64,000 nucleotides of DNA. Origin: Octopus vulgaris. Taxonomy: Eukaryota. How positions within the stretch are numbered: position 1 is the first letter of the stretch; every line of letters begins with the position of its first letter. Position numbers and translations under genes: made by a program. Shown here piece after piece: positions 59,071-64,000 of the stretch. The notes under the pieces are model-generated. The model had not been told where the DNA came from. It ran no database searches and saw nothing but the letters and a program-made list of their open reading frames with translations. The stretch is from positions 76,260,001 through 76,324,000 of the forward strand of contig OX597819.1 in assembly GCA_951406725.2 (NCBI GenBank). Reading direction: 5' to 3'.

Positions 59071-59116
59071 AACACAACGTTTCGGCTGATATACCCTTCA
59101 GCCTTCATCAGGTGTC
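59071..59116 (-). ncRNA. Minimal hammerhead ribozyme motif
   Basis: gacac-CTGATGA-a-ggctg-aagggtatat-cagcc-GAAA-cg-TT-gtgtt; stem III reduced to palindrome ACGT. Confidence 0.65.
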
Positions 59117-59162
59117 TTGGGGAAATTTCGAACTGGGTTCTCATTCCTGAGATATTTTTCTA

Positions 59163-59485
59163 TCTTCTTCTTCTTCTTCTTCTTCTTCTTCTTCTTCTTC
59201 TTCTTCTTCTTCTTCTTCTTCTTCTTCTTCTTCTTCTTCTTCTTCTACTCCTTCTTCTTCTTCTTCTTCTTCTTCTTCTTCTTCTTCTTCTTCTTCTTCT
59301 TCTTCTTCTTCTTCTTCTTCTTCTTCTTCTTCTTCTTCTTCTTCTTCTTCTTCTTCTTCTTCTTCTTCTTCTTCTTCTTCTTCTTCAACTTCTCCTTCTT
59401 CTTCTTCGACTTCTCCTCCTCTTCTTCTCCTTCTTCTCCTTCTTCTTCTTCATCTTCTCCTTCTTCTTCTTCATCTTCTCCTTCT

Positions 59486-59532
<47 letters not shown>

Positions 59533-59600
59533 TTCTTCTTCTTCTTCTTCTTCTTCTACTTCTTCTTAATAATAATAAAATAATAATAATAATAATAATA
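59163..59600. repeat. (TTC)n microsatellite (~400 bp) followed by (TAA)n
   Basis: Direct inspection. Confidence 0.95.
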
Positions 59601-60069
59601 TCATTAAAAAATAACAAGATCATGACAGATATCCGTCAGATGTAAGTAATGTATATCGTCTTTTGTTTATTTTCATAAAGCTTCCCGTTATATATATATA
59701 TATATATACATACATATATATGTATGTATATTTTAAAAATCTTAGGGAATAATAAGTATTCCAGGTTATTAGGACATTTACTATTTTACTCTTTACTAAT
59801 GCAATATCTTCTTTCCCCACAGACTAATAACAGCTAAGTTATATATATATTGTTCCAAATATTTTTTTTAACTCATTTAAAAAAAATAAATTTATTGTAT
59901 TTTATAGTAGGTTTTTTAAATGCTTATATTATTTTCTTTGATATAACTGTCTATGTGCATTCCATACAATAATGTCATCCTGAAACAGGAGTTGCGGTTC
60001 CATTGGTAAAATCCCAATTTTGTAATAATATTATATATGTATGTATATATATATATATAGAGAGAGAGA

Positions 60070-62059
60070 ATTGAATATTCTGCTACGAGCATGGGCGATT
60101 GCTAGTGGCGATTCGCCAAGCAACATTACCGCTGCACTAAAGAACAATGGCTTTCACAGAACCATTGACCAGATAGAGCGGAAGAAGAGAGAATTTATCC
60201 CGTCTTATACGAATTTATCCGGTCTATATGAGACCACACATCAACAACTTCGATAACATAATGGAAAATTATTGCGGCAAGGCTAATAAGGATGGAGAAG
60301 ACGAAAAAGAAAAGGAAACAAAACCAGGAAGTCTCTGTAATCCAGAGGTTCCTCAAGAAAATGGATCACCCGCCCGGTGAACGACCAGGCAGAAAAGGAT
60401 AGGGGAATCAAGGAAGCAGTAACTGGAAGCCCTCCTGTGCCAGTGGTCCTACAAAGGAACGGAGCCCCACCTCATTAGAAGCACAGAAAAAAAAGGAAGG
60501 ACGGAAAACGAAAATAAAAAAGGAAAGGAAGGAAAAGGCAAAACAACCAAAACCCAAACCCAAACCCACCAAACAAACAACAGAAAATCCCATGGAGGAT
60601 CCAATGCCACCCAAAACCATACTGGAAAGAAGAAATCTGGAAGGCACCCAAGAACCTGTAAATTTTACCTGCAGGGCAAATGTTGACATGGGGAGGACGG
60701 CAAAAACTGCAGGTTTGCCCACCCGGCACCCCGCCATAACTACAGGGGCCTTAAATAGAAAAACTTTACTGAGGAAAGACAAGAAGTGTCACCCAGGAAA
60801 ACATTCAGAAAAGAAGTGTGCTCCTCAGATGTTCTGCGCAACGCAACAGCTGAGCAAGAGTCTTTTGTGTGCATGGCGCAAAGGATTGACCTTGGCAGCG
60901 CTGGAAAACTTGGAGAGTGGTTACATGACTTCCTGAAAGATAGGAGACAGGCAGTAGTGGTTAATGGAGCCACCTCTATGAACACATAAATAGTGAGCGG
61001 TGTTCCACAGGGCACTGTCTTGGGACCACTGCTTTTTATAGTGGCCCTCTCAGATATGCCCTCAAATGCCCGGATAGCCACTCTGGCAAGCTATGCAAAT
61101 GATACGAAAGTTTCGCAGAAAATACAGAAACCCAGCAATGTCGCACACCCGCAGCAGGAGTTGGGCTCAATTTACAGATGGGCTGAGGATAATAATATGC
61201 AGTTTAATGCTGAAAAATTCCAGGCCCTGCGCTACCAGCATCCAAAACTGAATATTAACCTTACAGAGTATACCGGTCCACAGGGAATTTCAATCCCAGA
61301 GCCTAAGTTAGCGAGTGACCGGGGTATCGACATGAGTGATGATACCTCTTTCCAAGTGCACATTACCATGATGGCGACAAAGTTCAGACGACTTTGGATC
61401 CTAAGAACATTCAGAACCAGAGATAAGGAAACCATGATGGTCCTCTGGCGGACATTCGTCCTCAACCGCCTGGATTACTGCTCACAGCTATGGTCACCCA
61501 CTAGTGTGAAATTAACAGCGGACCTTGAAGCAATCCAGAGAAGATTCACAAAGAAGATCGTCTCTTTGCAACAGCTCAGCTACTGGGAAAGGTTGAAACA
61601 GCTAAGACTCTACTCCCTGGAGAGTAGACGGGAGAGGTATGCAGTAATATATATCTGGAAGATCCTGGAAGGAATTGTGCCAAATTTTGGCATTGAAAGC
61701 TACACCAATGCCAGAATGGGATGACACTGCATAGTGCCAAAGATCCCAGCACTGCCATCATGCACCAGGACCAGTTACTACAACAGCCTGGGTTTCAAGG
61801 GCCCACAGCTTTTTAATATTCTCCGAAAGAGCCTGAGGAACTTCAACAAAGTAGATGTAGCGGTTTTTAAATCAAAGCTGGACCTCTTCCTGTCGAGCGT
61901 CCCAGATGAACCTACCTCACGGCAAGATGTGCAAATGAGGGTAGCTATATCAAACTACATTCTTCACCAAGTGCCACATATTAGAGAAGGCTCTTAGTAA
62001 TAATAGTGTAGCACAAAACGGCGGTGTATCAGCATGGCCGCAGCTCTGAACTGAAACTA

Positions 62060-62062
<3 letters not shown>
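60070..62062 (+). mobile_element. CR1-group LINE, internally deleted: ORF1 remnant with CCCH finger joined to RT, plus 3' UTR
   Basis: CKFYLQGKC*HGEDGKNCRFAH at 60657-60722; GKLGEWLHDFLKDRRQAVVVNG, SGVPQGTVLGPLLF, YANDTK, LDYCSQLWSP, LYSLESRRER. Confidence 0.88.
60888..61997 (+). pseudogene. LINE reverse transcriptase C-terminal half, inactivated
   Basis: In-frame stops at ~60989 and 61724; catalytic YADD changed to YAND. Confidence 0.88.
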
Positions 62063-62154
<92 letters not shown>

Positions 62155-62157
<3 letters not shown>

Positions 62158-62684
62158 TAGTTTCAGCTCAGAGCTGCGGCCATGCTGATACACCGCCGTT
62201 TTGTGCTACACTATTATTACTAAGAGCCTTCTCTAATATGTGGCACTTGGTGAAGAATGTAGTTTGATATAGCTACCCTCATTTGCACATCTTGCCGTGA
62301 GGTAGGTTCATCTGGGACGCTGACAGGAAGAGGTCCAGCTTTGATTTAAAACCGCTACATCTACTTTGTTGAAGTTCCTCAGGCTCTTTCGGAGAATATT
62401 AAAAAGCTGTGGGCCCTTGAAACCCAGGCTGTTGTAGTAACTGGTCCTGGTGCATGATGGCAGTGCTGGATCTTTGGCACTATGCAGTGTCATCCCATTC
62501 TGGCATTGGTGTAGCTTTCAATGCCAAAATTTGGCACAATTCCCTTCCAGGATCTTCCAGATATATATTACTGCATACCTCTCCCGTCTACTCTCCAGGG
62601 AGTAGAGTCTTAGCTGTTTCAGCCTTTCCCAGTTGCTGAGCTGTTGCAAAGAGACGATCTTCTTTGTGAATATTCTCTGGATTG

Positions 62685-62685
<1 letters not shown>
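62155..62685 (-). mobile_element. Inverted near-identical copy of the LINE 3' end (61530-62062), tail-to-tail across (TA)n
   Basis: Reverse-complement match with a few substitutions and indels; (TA)n at 62063-62154 and after 62685. Confidence 0.9.
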
Positions 62686-62736
<51 letters not shown>

Positions 62737-62996
62737 GTGTGTGTGTGTTTTATCTTGCTTTAATATCAAAAATATAATACCTGAAAACTACTTGTATCTC
62801 AATTTTAAGATGCAAACTTTATTATTACATTTTAACACAATTTCCTTCGCTGTATTTAAATTACATCTTTATTTTTTAACCTACTGTTTGTATTTCAGGA
62901 GAGGTTTCCAAGCAGTTCGTTTAGTAACAAAATTCACTGTATCAGAGAACATTTGTTAGATATTCCACGCTTATCCGAATTATATGACGAGACTTT

Positions 62997-63051
<55 letters not shown>

Positions 63052-64000
63052 CACAGACACACACGCACATTTATAGATACATGAATGCGCGCATATATGT
63101 ATGTGTATATGTTCTTATAACTTCTATGTTTTTTTTAATTTCTGATATATAGTTCAGCTTTAAAGACCACGTAAGTAAATAAAACTGTTCTAAGTTTAAG
63201 ATATAATCAACATAGTAGAAATATTTTTTAAACATTTTGCAAGGATTTTAAAAATCGTTATTTGCACTGTATACAGAGAGATCTAAAGCGATTATTAATA
63301 TGTTCCAGACATTCAAACACATGTTGTGTCTCATCTAAATTTCAGCCTAAACAAGCTAGTGGCTTTGTTCATAATTTCAGAAAACAAAATTGTTTGCTGA
63401 ACAGTGCTTATATCTACCACCCGATAAAAATCGTTATTTGTACTGTGTAGAGGGAAATCCTCAAAGATGATTTGCATATTCATTACTAATGTTATCCGGC
63501 AGAGTGAACGAAAAAATGCCATGTGGTCTTATATACTTCACAAGAGAATAATTCCCACTTTGTACAGATTGTATATAAAACATTTGACTTGGTTTTGATT
63601 AGCAGTTATTGATGTACATCTCGTCTTTAAAACACAATATTATGAAAACCAATGATATCATTTGGAATATAGTGCTATTTTCAAACATATAATCCAACTA
63701 ATAACATTCATAATCACTTTCCCTAAACAACCATATATTGTTGTATAGGAATTCAGTTTCATAAATCTATTCAGTACTTATATCTTGTTGAACAAGAAAG
63801 GGGAACGTTAGTCGCAATATCTAACAGCACCTAATGTCTTGACGTAAAACGCCTTTCAATATATTCAATAAAATCCGTGCTAATACATGAAAAACTAATA
63901 TATACGTACCATTTAATGATAATCCACTTTTATTTTGTTAGCTCACTCATTGGCTCTAACAAAGAAGATTATAACTTCATTTCAGATATGTTGATTTTAT

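Noticed and set aside
63249-63485. Short diverged direct repeat (taaaaatcgttatttg.actgt, ~176-bp spacing)
   Set aside because: Two copies only, no associated structure

Overview
AT-rich, microsatellite-dense eukaryotic (animal) DNA with no recognisable host gene or exon. The repeat landscape (tRNA-derived SINEs, abundant (TA)n/(TCTA)n/(TAA)n tracts) suggests an octopus/cephalopod genome, which is an inference. Almost all listed ORFs are microsatellite artefacts. Real coding remnants are all transposon-derived: a young Penelope-like (Neptune-type) RT+GIY-YIG element with a head-to-head inversion (32923-35750), a CR1-group LINE with a CCCH-finger ORF1 and a tail-to-tail inverted 3' end (60070-62685), R4/Dong LINE fragments in (TAA)n, Helitrons, Tc1 and mariner relics. 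The most interesting signal is non-coding. A 546-bp tandem array (898-2618) plus an inverted monomer (361-898) carries a type I hammerhead ribozyme in every unit, like a retrozyme. At least five further, unrelated hammerhead-type motifs occur, including a U3-A8 core variant in the Penelope 3' repeat. A covarying structured 3' RNA module is shared by three diverged families. A recurrent fold-back architecture has both 3' ends pointing outward into (TA)n. Together these suggest a ribozyme-bearing, (TA)n-targeting family of non-autonomous retroelements mobilised by Penelope-type enzymes. All coordinates and base-pairings were read by eye; nothing was computed.
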